From a virus, in the IMG/VR virus record IMGVR_UViG_3300048583_000100, positions 1 through 64,000 of that record: a stretch of DNA of 64,000 nucleotides, one strand, 5' to 3'. A program made the translations under genes and the position numbers. Under the pieces are notes generated by a model. That model searched no databases. It had not been told where the DNA came from and was given only the letters and a program-made list of their open reading frames with translations. Of this stretch, positions 47,617-56,963 are shown piece after piece (the stretch's first letter is position 1; every line of letters starts with the position of its first letter).

Positions 47617-49126
47617 TGGTGTTGACCTTGTGGTTGAGTCGTTCGAGAGCCAGACAGAATAGTAGCTTATCGAGTGGAGCATTGTGGAGAGGAGCCATGT
47701 TCAGGAAAATCAGCGTGACCATATCGTCAATGATCGGGCTTGGGAGCATGTGCTTGAATTTTTCGCGGAAGGCAATGAACTCTGGACGGCTTTCGAATCC
47801 AAACGAGCACGAGTCTCCGTCTTCAGACACCCAGAATTTGTGTTCGCGAATGTAATCGTAGTTGACTATCATGCCACCTACCAGCTTCGCAGCATCATAA
47901 TAGAGATCGCCGACTTTGATCTGCCCACCGAAATCCTGTCTCCAGTCGATGAGCGTAAACTTCTCACCATCGTAGATGACGTTGTCGAACTGAAGATCAC
48001 CATGGAAGAACACCGAACGAGTCTTCAGATCGGTGTTGAGCATTGCATTCCAATCGATGTGATGCTGAATGCCATTGTCGATGTCGACTTTTAGCACTCG
48101 CCCGTTGATGATCTTTGGATTGAATGTCGGGTACTTGTCTCGGAAAACCTGTAGACGACGCATCGTCTTGTCGTAGTAGAATTTGCGGCACAGCTCAGGA
48201 GTAAGCGTCTTGCTCTCATCCATCTGCCATACTTCGAATGCCATCCACTCCAAGAATTTCGTAAAGGTTTCGGCAGTTAGCGACTTGTAGAGCACATCAC
48301 CTGGCACAAAGTGATACGAGTACCATGGCCCACGGTGTTCAATGATCTTTGGAAAGAGATGCTCTCTGCCTTCGATTCGAGCAAGACGATTCATCGTGTT
48401 AGCTGGATTGCGGAACCACTTGATGACTCGATTGTTGACGATGTAGAGGAACTCGTCTGACTTGCTGTTGTCAAATGGTGAAGTCTCCTTAGAAAACTTC
48501 TCATAGCGCTCGTAGGTGCCAAGATCAACCCAAGGAAGCTCGATTGAATGTACCTCATTAGCAGTCCAACCGCTGGCGAGCTCGATACCGTTCAGACCGT
48601 TCCAAAAATGCTTTGTGTCCTTGATGTAGAAAACACCAGAGACAGCAATTCCAGAATCGAAATGCTGCTTGTCAACCACCGTGTCGATGCGCGTACCGTC
48701 TAGAGCTACGTTGCAGTACGCAGGAGAATCCATTGGATCAATGCGAGCAGTCGCTACATAGTTCTTATCTTCGGGAATGTCATTGAGCCCCTCGTAGTAT
48801 CCATCACAAGCGATCAGATAGAAGGGCCCGTCGATATGCGCACCTGCGGCGAGCAATGATTGGGCTGGACCAGCACCCGGCCCATCAAAGTTTTCGACGT
48901 ACGAGTAAAGGAAATTCCGTTCTGGGTGGGCGAGCGATAGATAGTCGCGAACTTGGTCGTGCTTGTACCCCACAGCAACCACGAACTTCGTGTCTTGGGG
49001 AAATTGCTCGATGATGTGCGAAATGATTGCCTTGCCTCGAATGGGAAGCAGCGTCTTGTTGATGACGGTACTGTACTTTCCCATTCGCGATCCCGTTCCT
49101 GCTGTGAGGAGGACCACTGTTTTCAT
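47609..49126 (-). CDS. sugar-phosphate nucleotidyltransferase fused to APH/choline-kinase-like domain
   Basis: LTAGTGSRM..NKTLLP, WVDLGT; HGDLQFDNV, LIDWR, YYDAAKL. Confidence 0.85.
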   Translation of the reverse strand: MKTVVLLTAGTGSRMGKYSTVINKTLLPIRGKAIISHIIEQFPQDTKFVVAVGYKHDQVRDYLSLAHPERNFLYSYVENFDGPGAGPAQSLLAAGAHIDGPFYLIACDGYYEGLNDIPEDKNYVATARIDPMDSPAYCNVALDGTRIDTVVDKQHFDSGIAVSGVFYIKDTKHFWNGLNGIELASGWTANEVHSIELPWVDLGTYERYEKFSKETSPFDNSKSDEFLYIVNNRVIKWFRNPANTMNRLARIEGREHLFPKIIEHRGPWYSYHFVPGDVLYKSLTAETFTKFLEWMAFEVWQMDESKTLTPELCRKFYYDKTMRRLQVFRDKYPTFNPKIINGRVLKVDIDNGIQHHIDWNAMLNTDLKTRSVFFHGDLQFDNVIYDGEKFTLIDWRQDFGGQIKVGDLYYDAAKLVGGMIVNYDYIREHKFWVSEDGDSCSFGFESRPEFIAFREKFKHMLPSPIIDDMVTLIFLNMAPLHNAPLDKLLFCLALERLNHKVNTNV

Positions 49127-49193
49127 TTGATGACCTGATAAGATGCCCATGGTATGCAAGTATTTACCTCAAGCTCTACCAGACCCCGCGCAC

Positions 49194-49222
49194 AAAAAAG
49201 CCTGAGCTTCGGACTCAGGCTT
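49194..49222 (-). terminator. intrinsic terminator
   Basis: AAGCCTGAG/CTCAGGCTT stem with U6 on - strand. Confidence 0.8.
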
Positions 49223-49258
49223 CCTCGTGATGGTGCCTACTCCATCTAGCGCAGAGGG

Positions 49259-49639
49259 TTACAGGGCTTCAGCGATCTTGGCAGCCAGCTTGGCCTGGTC
49301 CTTGAAGTTGGAAGCACCCGGGATGCCGTAGGCTTCGCCAGTCAGCACCAGCTTCGGCAGGTTGCGCGGGGACAGGGCGGGACCGTTGCCGGCCTTCACG
49401 CTCGCCAGCCAGACCGGACCGAACTTGAAGCCACGGGGACCAGCAGTGCGGACGGCGCCAGCCTTGCGGACGCGGAGAGCGGCAGCCGACTTCGGCTTGG
49501 ACTTCGCCTTGGTGCCGAGATCGGCAGCCTTGATCGCAGCTTCCGCTTTGGCCTTGTTGTCGAAGCCCTTGCGGAGCGGCAGACCAGCCAGCTTGGCGAG
49601 GACGTTGTAACGGGTGACCAGATCATTCATCGTGCTCAT
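49259..49639 (-). CDS. basic Ala/Lys-rich protein, paralog of 50598-51068
   Basis: SD AAGGAG; FKFGPVWLASV motif. Confidence 0.7.
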   Translation of the reverse strand: MSTMNDLVTRYNVLAKLAGLPLRKGFDNKAKAEAAIKAADLGTKAKSKPKSAAALRVRKAGAVRTAGPRGFKFGPVWLASVKAGNGPALSPRNLPKLVLTGEAYGIPGASNFKDQAKLAAKIAEAL

Positions 49640-49667
49640 TTGAAACTCCTTCATCAGTGGGATTGGT

Positions 49668-49919
49668 TTATGAGAGAACAGTACCGCAACATCTGCAGAC
49701 ACGTGGAGCGGGTATTACGACGGGACGGACAGCATGATTGAGGCTGGTGATTCGGAACCAGCGGGTTCCAAGATGTTTCTGGCGCTTTTTGACTTCCACC
49801 ATCGCCACGGCCTTGAGGTTGTCAACCATGACGACTTCGCCGGTGTGACCCATCAGACCTTCACCTTGGCTGACAATCTGGACGAAGTCACCGATTCGAA
49901 TGGGCTCTTGTGCGTTCAT
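49668..49919 (-). CDS. KOW-like small protein
   Basis: IRIGDFVQIV..GHTGEV. Confidence 0.5.
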   Translation of the reverse strand: MNAQEPIRIGDFVQIVSQGEGLMGHTGEVVMVDNLKAVAMVEVKKRQKHLGTRWFRITSLNHAVRPVVIPAPRVCRCCGTVLS

Positions 49920-50245
49920 TCCAGCCCCAGCAACTTCCGATCTTCAGCAGTCAGCTTGGCAAGGGCAGCTCGACGGGCTTGACTCTCTATGCCATTCCAG
50001 AACTGCTCCGCGGTCTGGTAGATGTGGAGGTTGATCTCTGCGACGGCGCTGTGCTCGCTGCCGGGGCGGTGGATACCTTGGACGCAGTAGCGTGCGAATC
50101 GCGGATCATCAACGACCTTGAGCGCCTCTTCCTTGGAGTTCATGTATGCCATGGTCACCATCGGCCCACGACCTTCATTGGTGTCAGCGTTGCGATTGAT
50201 GGAGAACACTTTGATCGGATTGGTCATGTCAGTAGCCTCGTTCAT
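49916..50245 (-). CDS. hypothetical protein
   Basis: DTNEGRG; C-term ALAKLTAEDRKLLGL common in phage early proteins. Confidence 0.6.
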   Translation of the reverse strand: MNEATDMTNPIKVFSINRNADTNEGRGPMVTMAYMNSKEEALKVVDDPRFARYCVQGIHRPGSEHSAVAEINLHIYQTAEQFWNGIESQARRAALAKLTAEDRKLLGLE

Positions 50246-50532
50246 GCGTAGAGCCAGCCATCTTTCTGTGCACCTTCGATGGCGTCCTTGATGTTCTTGC
50301 CGTAGCTCGACCAGAAACCGAGACCGTTGGCATACCAAACCACGATCTGGTTGGGAGCTTGTCGGTGGCCCTTGCCGAGATACATGAACGTCTTGCCTTC
50401 TTCGCCGAAGTTCTTGACCACGTAGAACGTTTCGAAGTCAGCCACGTGGTCCATTCCCTTGGGAAGGTCCGACTTGTAGATGCTTCGTACGAAGAGGGTG
50501 TGGCCCGAAGCTACGCTGATGGTCTTTTTCAC
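50242..50532 (-). CDS. hypothetical protein
   Basis: SD AAGGAG with GTG start. Confidence 0.55.
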   Translation of the reverse strand: MKKTISVASGHTLFVRSIYKSDLPKGMDHVADFETFYVVKNFGEEGKTFMYLGKGHRQAPNQIVVWYANGLGFWSSYGKNIKDAIEGAQKDGWLYA

Positions 50533-50597
50533 GAGAGGCTCCTTAAAGATGTCCAGGCCGGTCTTTCGACCTGGACACAATCGCTGCGGGGAGAAGA

Positions 50598-51068
50598 TCA
50601 GAAGGTGGCAGCGATCTTGCTGCAGAGGTCCTTGATGTCCAGCTTCTCAGGAGCCTTGATGCCGGCCAGGAGGGCCTGGTGGTTGAGCTTCTCGCGGTTG
50701 GCTTCGGCGGTAGCGATGCCCTTACCCTTGGTCACCGAGGCGTTCCAGATGGGACCGAAGGAGAAGCGGACGCCGTTGGCGGCAGCAACCTTGATGCGGA
50801 CACCCTTGGGGCTGGACTTGATCTTGAGCTTCTTCTCGGCGGCAGGAGCGGCCATGTCGGCGACCAGCGCGGTGAGGGGAGCATCACCTTCAGCTTCGAC
50901 CATCGCAGCAGCTTCCTTGACCATGCGGACGAACTGCATGTTGTCCAGGGAGACCACGAAGTTGTTCACGAGCGGGAACTTCTGGGCAATCCGACGGAGC
51001 TTGTCCATCGCGATCGGATTGGATTCGTCCAGGGCAAGACCGGTGATTTTCGAGATTTCCTTGATCAT
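50598..51068 (-). CDS. basic Ala/Lys-rich protein, first full gene after repeat array 1
   Basis: SD AAGGA; FSFGPIWNASV motif. Confidence 0.7.
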   Translation of the reverse strand: MIKEISKITGLALDESNPIAMDKLRRIAQKFPLVNNFVVSLDNMQFVRMVKEAAAMVEAEGDAPLTALVADMAAPAAEKKLKIKSSPKGVRIKVAAANGVRFSFGPIWNASVTKGKGIATAEANREKLNHQALLAGIKAPEKLDIKDLCSKIAATF

Positions 51069-51130
51069 CTGAGTATTTCCTTCGTCAGTAGTAGGGTTGA
51101 TCAGATTTCGTTTCGTCCGATCATGTAGCT

Positions 51131-51159
51131 ATTATACACTAACCTGCGGAGATGTACAC
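51131..51159 (-). promoter_or_regulatory. variant early promoter GTGTAC-N17-TATAAT
   Basis: Directly downstream of array 1. Confidence 0.75.
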
Positions 51160-51183
51160 AGTTTTGTTCGGTTATTTTCACTT

Positions 51184-51331
51184 CTAAGTGATTGATCCGT
51201 ATAGGCTTTCTGGAGCGTATCCCTAAGTGATTGATCCGTAAAGGAAACTATTTTCAGTTAGTTTCACTCCCTAAGTGATTGATCCGTATAGGCTTTCTGG
51301 AGTGCTTCCCTAAGTGATTGATCCGTATAGG
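51184..51331. repeat. array 1: four copies of CTAAGTGATTGATCCGTAWAGG
   Basis: Copies start at 51184, 51223, 51271, 51310 (87-bp higher-order unit). Confidence 0.95.
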
Positions 51332-51410
51332 CTTTCTGTAGGCTAGAAACCGTGACCCCAGAGGTCCCCTGGGTCTGGGTGCACCCAGAGAACCTATGTG
51401 ATAGTCTATC

Positions 51411-51785
51411 TTAGGGTTCTACAACCGTGCACCCAGAGGGGAGTCCGAGACCGAAGCTGTCAGGTCCTAGGATTTCGTATCCGCGGACAGGAGCCGCAGC
51501 GGTCCTGAGCAGCTGGTATCCAAGGATGAGCTCGGCGTCTAGAAGACCCTGCCCAATCTGCTCGAGGTATTTCTGGTTGCCCTCGCGAGCAACGATGATC
51601 TTGTTGCTGTGAGCATGGTCGCTCTTGGCAATCTGGATGTCGCCACCTTGGTGCTCGATCATCAGAATGTAGAGCTCTTCAACGTGTACGGTCATGTCGG
51701 GTCCTTTCATCATTGCGCCACAGTTAGCACAGGGGCCGCGGTGACGGATTATGTTTCCACAGCCAGGGCATCCAGGCTCGCTCAT
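51411..51785 (-). CDS. hypothetical protein with N-terminal CxxC..CxxC
   Basis: ATGA coupling. Confidence 0.5.
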   Translation of the reverse strand: MSEPGCPGCGNIIRHRGPCANCGAMMKGPDMTVHVEELYILMIEHQGGDIQIAKSDHAHSNKIIVAREGNQKYLEQIGQGLLDAELILGYQLLRTAAAPVRGYEILGPDSFGLGLPSGCTVVEP

Positions 51786-52129
51786 ATAGATAGCTCGTAG
51801 TTGGGGTTGCCGAGGTTTTCCAGAGCAGCCTTCCGTTCCTTCTTGGTCCACCTTCTGCCCCAGGCATTCCAGTACGTGCCGAAATGCGGGTTGTACTTTG
51901 CAGCCCACCGCTTAAGGACGCGTAGGGAGTCCATTCGAACGTATCGACCCTTTCGAATGGTGCCCTTGTAGTCAGAGAGCACGAGCTCATCCGGCTGGTA
52001 GACACTCACGTGAGAGCCGCCACAGACAACAACGAGGCGACCATCAGGAAGGATGCGCCAGATTCGGCCGTAAAGAATCCAGCCGTCAGCTTGCTCCTTC
52101 TTGGAGAAGACGATGTCGTTACGCTTCAT
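51782..52129 (-). CDS. hypothetical protein
   Basis: SD GGAG. Confidence 0.6.
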   Translation of the reverse strand: MKRNDIVFSKKEQADGWILYGRIWRILPDGRLVVVCGGSHVSVYQPDELVLSDYKGTIRKGRYVRMDSLRVLKRWAAKYNPHFGTYWNAWGRRWTKKERKAALENLGNPNYELSI

Positions 52130-52230
52130 CTTGCTCCTCCATGATGCGTTCGATGTCGAGCTTGAGAATCACGAACTCGCCACCCAGAATGGGGTCTGGA
52201 ACCAGCTTGACTGGGATGCCGTTGACTGTC

Positions 52231-52491
52231 TCAAACTGCTTCATCGGCCCGCTCGCCCTTGACATGCCATGAGATATAGAAGCGATCCAGTTGATAGCTG
52301 CCCGGCTTCTTTCTGAATTTGAAATTGCCCTTGACGAGGACTTGCTCGATGGCATCGGCGAAATACTTCTCAACGTCGAATACCAGGCTGAGCTTGCCGT
52401 CCTCTGCTAGCCTCTTGATAGCCTTTACCAGACTATTCGTCTTCGCCTGTACGGCTATTGCATGTGCGGTTGCGGAGTCGATGGTGCCCAT
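52231..52491 (-). CDS. hypothetical protein
   Basis: Similar to 52494-52751. Confidence 0.55.
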   Translation of the reverse strand: MGTIDSATAHAIAVQAKTNSLVKAIKRLAEDGKLSLVFDVEKYFADAIEQVLVKGNFKFRKKPGSYQLDRFYISWHVKGERADEAV

Positions 52492-52493
52492 GT

Positions 52494-52751
52494 TTATTCC
52501 TTTTCACTGAAGGAGAAGTCGATGGTATATTCCACGACCCTTGGAGCCTTTTCTGCTACCGTGTACTTGTAGCCGTTTTGACTTAAAGTTTGCGAGATGA
52601 TTTCCCGGAATGCTTCGGTTGTTTCAAACACTGCATAGAGGAAACCTTTCTGCGCACTTTCGTCAATTGCCGTCTTTAATCGTTCGATGTGTGACCACTG
52701 GGCCATAGCGTATGCATCTCTTGCCTGGCGAAATGCTTGGTTCATGTTCAT
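52494..52751 (-). CDS. hypothetical protein
   Basis: Similar to 52231-52491. Confidence 0.55.
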   Translation of the reverse strand: MNMNQAFRQARDAYAMAQWSHIERLKTAIDESAQKGFLYAVFETTEAFREIISQTLSQNGYKYTVAEKAPRVVEYTIDFSFSEKE

Positions 52752-52754
52752 TCC

Positions 52755-53174
52755 TTATGGCGCGAGGTTGTCGTTCCTGAAGCGGGCCTTCTCGACGAAC
52801 TCGGACGGTACTTCGAGGACCGCATTTTCGTACTTGTAGACCCGCAGATGTTCCGGCGGTCCGCCAAAGCCCCAGCCCATGTCGTCATCGGAGCTCTGGA
52901 TGGTGTCGTACTGATTCGTGCGACGCTTGAGCGTCACGTTCAGCACCCAGACTTCACTGTCGCCAGTGCTGCGAATCGGGGTAACCTTCTCGAGCTCCCA
53001 GCCGTCCTTGCGAAGGTACTTGCCAGTCAGCTCTTGCGTCTGGCTCCACCACGCGGTGCCGAGAACGTAGACTTGTGAGCCGAAGCGCAGCTTGAGCTCT
53101 TCGATCAGCATCTGGTAGCTTCCCCAGTTGGTGCTGAGAGCGCATGCGTACATCTTACCACGCGACATATTCAT
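52755..53174 (-). CDS. hypothetical protein
   Basis: SD AGGAG. Confidence 0.6.
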   Translation of the reverse strand: MNMSRGKMYACALSTNWGSYQMLIEELKLRFGSQVYVLGTAWWSQTQELTGKYLRKDGWELEKVTPIRSTGDSEVWVLNVTLKRRTNQYDTIQSSDDDMGWGFGGPPEHLRVYKYENAVLEVPSEFVEKARFRNDNLAP

Positions 53175-53331
53175 GACTGCGACTCCTGCTCCAGTTCGCG
53201 CTGGTGAATCATGGCGGCCATCTTGAGGACGGTCTGCTCAGTGATGTAGAGCTCCTTGCCATTGGGAGCCTTGAGAAGGAAAGCGCCGCCGATGTCAGTG
53301 ATCTTCAGCTGGTCGGGAACTCGTTCAGTGT

Positions 53332-53586
53332 TCATGCGACCTCCAACTTCAGGGGCGGCATCGCTGCAGCCTGGACATTCAGTGCGTGAGCGAGAGCATT
53401 GGCCCGCTCACGCTGCTTGTCTTGCGAGTACAGACCCACCGGGAATGCGGCGACCATGCGATCCTTCGGAACGGTGTCGCCGTCATGGTCACATCGACGA
53501 GCAACGGAGAACTCGACGGGTGCTCTGGCACTGCTCCAACCGGTGTAGCCAGTGCGAGTATACACGATGTACTCTTCCATGTTCAT
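53332..53586 (-). CDS. hypothetical protein
   Basis: SD AAGGAG. Confidence 0.6.
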   Translation of the reverse strand: MNMEEYIVYTRTGYTGWSSARAPVEFSVARRCDHDGDTVPKDRMVAAFPVGLYSQDKQRERANALAHALNVQAAAMPPLKLEVA

Positions 53587-53609
53587 TGTCCGAACTCCTT
53601 GAGGTTGGG

Positions 53610-54584
53610 TCAGATGGCCGTCAGCAGGTATTCGGCTCGGCGCTTCCAGTCACCGCCTCGGGCAGAGACCTTGGTGACCGCGATGAGGGTGCGGAGGCTG
53701 AGCTCCTTGGCCTGGTCCTTGAGCTCCTCGAGGAAGGTCAGAGCTTCACGCTTCACCTTCGGCTCGTACTCGGGCAGGAAGTCGTCCTGCAGGATGATCG
53801 CTTCCATGCGCTCGATCTTCTGAGCAGTGTTCATGGAGAGGTCGACGCAGATGGCGCGGGACCGGACGGCCTGGTCGATCTTGAAGATGGGGAGGTTCGA
53901 GATGAAGATCACGCCGCCTTCGAACTGGAAGGAGCGGGGCAGATCGTCGTCACCGAAACCTTCGGCGTTCCAGGAGATGATGCGCTTGTCGTAGGAATCG
54001 AGGGCGCCCTTGAGAAGGTTCAGAGCAACCGGATCGCGGAGGATCGAGTCACAGTCGTCGAAGACGATCGTGCGGTAGCGATTCTCGAAGAGGGTGCGGT
54101 AGAGACCCTTGGCCGTCGAGTAGCCCTTGACGACGCTGTAGAGATTGCGCTGCTTCGAGCGGGGCAGTTCCTCGCCGATGCCGGCGGATTCCATGAACTC
54201 CGACATGTCCTTCATGCCTGCGCTGCGGAGCGCCTTGTTCACGGTGTGGGTCTTGCCGAGGCCGCCTTCACCAGTCACGAGGAGGGAAGCACTCGTGCGA
54301 TCAGCGACCATGTTCACGAAGTCGGTCAGGAAGTCGAAGCGTTCGTTGATGCCGAAGCGTTCGACCTTTTCGAGCTTTCCGGTGGAGACGTCGAGCTGAG
54401 TCTCGCCGACTTCCTTCACCTTGGTAACGCCAGCATCTGCAGCTTTGCGGCACCGGCCGCTCGTGATCATGTTGATCACGTAGTCTTTGTTCGGAGAAGC
54501 TGCGAGGACCTTGCCTGCGTACATGGCGGTCCACTTGTTCGACCGCGTGTCCAGGGAGAGGAGGGCAACATTCGACATATTCAT
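53610..54584 (-). CDS. AAA+-like P-loop ATPase, first gene after repeat array 2
   Basis: GEGGLGKT, IVFDDCD, IFISN, AVRSR (Arg finger), LSLR. Confidence 0.85.
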   Translation of the reverse strand: MNMSNVALLSLDTRSNKWTAMYAGKVLAASPNKDYVINMITSGRCRKAADAGVTKVKEVGETQLDVSTGKLEKVERFGINERFDFLTDFVNMVADRTSASLLVTGEGGLGKTHTVNKALRSAGMKDMSEFMESAGIGEELPRSKQRNLYSVVKGYSTAKGLYRTLFENRYRTIVFDDCDSILRDPVALNLLKGALDSYDKRIISWNAEGFGDDDLPRSFQFEGGVIFISNLPIFKIDQAVRSRAICVDLSMNTAQKIERMEAIILQDDFLPEYEPKVKREALTFLEELKDQAKELSLRTLIAVTKVSARGGDWKRRAEYLLTAI

Positions 54585-54624
54585 CGTGCTCCAGAAAGGA
54601 ATTCGTTATTCAATCTACTGGACT

Positions 54625-54654
54625 ATTCTATCAAGTCCTGAGGAGAATGTACAC
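54625..54654 (-). promoter_or_regulatory. variant early promoter GTGTAC-N18-TAGAAT
   Basis: Directly downstream of array 2. Confidence 0.75.
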
Positions 54655-54674
54655 AGTTCCGGAGATTTATTTAA

Positions 54675-54830
54675 CCTATACGGATCAATCACTTAGGGAC
54701 TGTCTCCGGAGATACCTATACGGATCAATCACTTAGAGCCTGAAATCTTATTCCTTTACGGATCAATCACTTAGGGACTGTCTCCAGAAAAGGTAACGGA
54801 ATCAATCACTTAGGGCATGATTGATTCCGT
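54675..54830. repeat. array 2: four copies of the ATCAATCACTTAG core plus a terminal 13-bp inverted repeat
   Basis: Cores end at 54696, 54736, 54774, 54813; inverted repeat 54796-54808/54818-54830. Confidence 0.95.
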
Positions 54831-54851
54831 CTATTCCTTATCTATAGGGGC

Positions 54852-55178
54852 TTACGGACTGACGGGTTTCGATTCCTCGAAATCGCGAACCACGGACTTG
54901 GCATCGAACTCAATGCTCTCAACCCGGATCGTTCCCTCTTTAGCATAGCGAACCATTTTTCCGCTCTTGTCCCAGACGACCGTAAAGCGTGGGTCATTGT
55001 CAGTAGCGAACCAGCATCCCGTCTCCACGGTCTTTGCGTCAGCAACCAAATCAGGAACATCTACGACCAGCTCGGCGTAGTATCCCTCTTGGCATTCGCC
55101 AACGGTGTCGTGAAGCCGAACTTCACCACCCTGGGCTGCCTTTGACATAATTACTGCAGCGAGCATCAGGCTCAACAT
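54852..55178 (-). CDS. secreted/periplasmic hypothetical protein
   Basis: Signal-peptide-like MLSLMLAAVIMSKAAQG; SD GAGGAG. Confidence 0.55.
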   Translation of the reverse strand: MLSLMLAAVIMSKAAQGGEVRLHDTVGECQEGYYAELVVDVPDLVADAKTVETGCWFATDNDPRFTVVWDKSGKMVRYAKEGTIRVESIEFDAKSVVRDFEESKPVSP

Positions 55179-55191
55179 TTTGAATCTCCTC

Positions 55192-55629
55192 TTATTTTTG
55201 GGGCGGTATGTATGCCAGTGGTTTGTCGTCGTACTCATCTCCGAGAGACGCATTTTCCCAGTGCACGCAGATTAGACCCTGTCGTTCAAGTGAAGCGGTC
55301 GCGACGAGCGACATGAATTTTGAAAGGTACCGATTCAGCTCCTCATGACTCGAGCAGACGCAGCCTTCGGCTCGCGTAAGCATCTCAGTCAGCAGGACCA
55401 TCTGATAGGCAGCTTTATGCTTGTCCTCACTGCCTACATTGACAGTATTTACATAATCGCAGAGCTGGGCTAGATCAGCGTTTGACAGCATCTCGAAGAA
55501 GCCCTTCATCGTGATGTACTGCTGGTCCTTCAGCTTCAGAGCCAAAATGCGAGTCAGTGGCAGCAGGTCCTTGTTGGCAGCGATCTTGTCGTACTGTATG
55601 ACGAGCCCTTTCGGGTAAACACGATCCAT
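55192..55629 (-). CDS. hypothetical protein
   Basis: SD AAGGAG. Confidence 0.6.
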   Translation of the reverse strand: MDRVYPKGLVIQYDKIAANKDLLPLTRILALKLKDQQYITMKGFFEMLSNADLAQLCDYVNTVNVGSEDKHKAAYQMVLLTEMLTRAEGCVCSSHEELNRYLSKFMSLVATASLERQGLICVHWENASLGDEYDDKPLAYIPPQK

Positions 55630-55639
55630 GAAAGCTCCT

Positions 55640-55948
55640 TTAGTTGTCGATTTCGAGGAACTGCTCCGCAGCTTCGAAAGTAAAGTGGCGCACGCGTCGT
55701 TCAGTCACCCTTTCATTTCCACCATTGAAGAACACGGTGCGTCGAACGGTACCACGAATCTTGCGGGCGGACCAGTCGACGCAAATCTTTTCCAGGGGAC
55801 CAGCATGGTACATGATGCCGAAGCCTGTGGTGGCAGCAAGGTCTTCCTTCGTAGGATTGAAGATGTAACGTCGCTCTCCACCATCCAAGCAAAGCTCCAG
55901 ATGCTGAACGACGGTGAATCGCGGACAAAGCGGCTCTTGGAACTTCAT
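55640..55948 (-). CDS. hypothetical protein
   Basis: Operon-packed ORF. Confidence 0.55.
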   Translation of the reverse strand: MKFQEPLCPRFTVVQHLELCLDGGERRYIFNPTKEDLAATTGFGIMYHAGPLEKICVDWSARKIRGTVRRTVFFNGGNERVTERRVRHFTFEAAEQFLEIDN

Positions 55949-55949
55949 C

Positions 55950-56174
55950 TTACACCTCGTACTCGCGGAACTTCATCCACCAGAACTTGTTGGTGTTGAA
56001 GAAGTCGATGGCTTCATGGTGCTGATTCTTGATCTTGATCAGCATCGTGCCCTTCGTCAGGGAGAATCGACGAGCATTGGACGCATGTATCGCTGCGGAC
56101 TGCAGCGCCTCGTCTAGCGACTGAAGACGCTGAATAAATTTGGTCGAAGAGAGCCAGCGCTGAAAAATGTTCAT
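55950..56174 (-). CDS. hypothetical protein
   Basis: ATGA coupling. Confidence 0.55.
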   Translation of the reverse strand: MNIFQRWLSSTKFIQRLQSLDEALQSAAIHASNARRFSLTKGTMLIKIKNQHHEAIDFFNTNKFWWMKFREYEV

Positions 56175-56386
56175 GCTTTATCTCCGCGTACCCACTTCAG
56201 CATCTTGCTGCTGTACGGCTTGATGGCTCGCTCGGCCCATTCATCGCCCAGCAGAATGATCTCAGCGAAATTCTTGAGCAACCACAGAATGCCCGCAAAG
56301 ATCAACATGAGTAGTGCGACGGGCAGCAAAACCCACCAACGCCAGTTAAGGATGGTAAGCTGAAGAATGGATTTTTGGGTGCTCAT
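56171..56386 (-). CDS. small membrane protein
   Basis: TM segment WWVLLPVALLMLIFAGILWLL; ATGA coupling. Confidence 0.55.
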   Translation of the reverse strand: MSTQKSILQLTILNWRWWVLLPVALLMLIFAGILWLLKNFAEIILLGDEWAERAIKPYSSKMLKWVRGDKA

Positions 56387-56625
56387 GCGAAGATTTCCTC
56401 TTGGGCCAGTACACATTGACCGCACTCGACGATCGAGTCGTCTTCCTCGAAAGTAAAGGCGAGGTGACCGGGCAGATGCGGATGACCGACGATGCTGTAC
56501 GTGGTGTTGATTCGAAGACCAGACTTGAACGGCTTCGGAGCCTTGCCACCAGTGCGACGCTTGACCACTCGCTTTCCGAGCATGTCGATGAGGGTGTCTA
56601 CGTCGTACTGTTGAAGAGTGTCCAT
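56383..56625 (-). CDS. hypothetical protein
   Basis: KPFKSGLRINT..HP..AFTFEEDDSIVEC. Confidence 0.6.
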   Translation of the reverse strand: MDTLQQYDVDTLIDMLGKRVVKRRTGGKAPKPFKSGLRINTTYSIVGHPHLPGHLAFTFEEDDSIVECGQCVLAQEEIFA

Positions 56626-56633
56626 GTCCTGCC

Positions 56634-56807
56634 TCAGTCGTCGTTATCGTTGGACCAGCGAGACGGCTTCTGACGCTTGCGGTCAGTCTCTTCAACGGGT
56701 GGCGCGTGCTTTTCGCGGCGCTTGTCTCGCAGCTCTTTGTCTTTCGACTTCTTGCTGCGGAACTCGTTGTAGTCTTCGTCATCGAAATCGCGGAAGCGGG
56801 TGCCCAT
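56634..56807 (-). CDS. small highly charged protein
   Basis: SD AAGGA; MGTRFRDFDDEDY. Confidence 0.5.
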   Translation of the reverse strand: MGTRFRDFDDEDYNEFRSKKSKDKELRDKRREKHAPPVEETDRKRQKPSRWSNDNDD

Positions 56808-56963
56808 TTTCTTGTCCTTGGTGCGGGTTGGTGTTACTCGGAAATTTGAATCCAGCCCCACTCAGTTGCTTTGGGGTCTGGGTTGCAGTTGAAGTCCTTG
56901 AACATCTTACGGGCCGTAGCTCGGTCCAATCCTTGGACTTCACGCCGAGGTTCACTTTCGAAC

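Noticed and set aside
5510-54641. Long + strand ORFs (5510-6841, 9422-10393, 12718-13815, 35140-35979, 37530-38774, 39905-40789, 53256-54641)
   Set aside because: Antisense shadows of well-supported - strand genes, caused by codon bias; no recognisable motifs.
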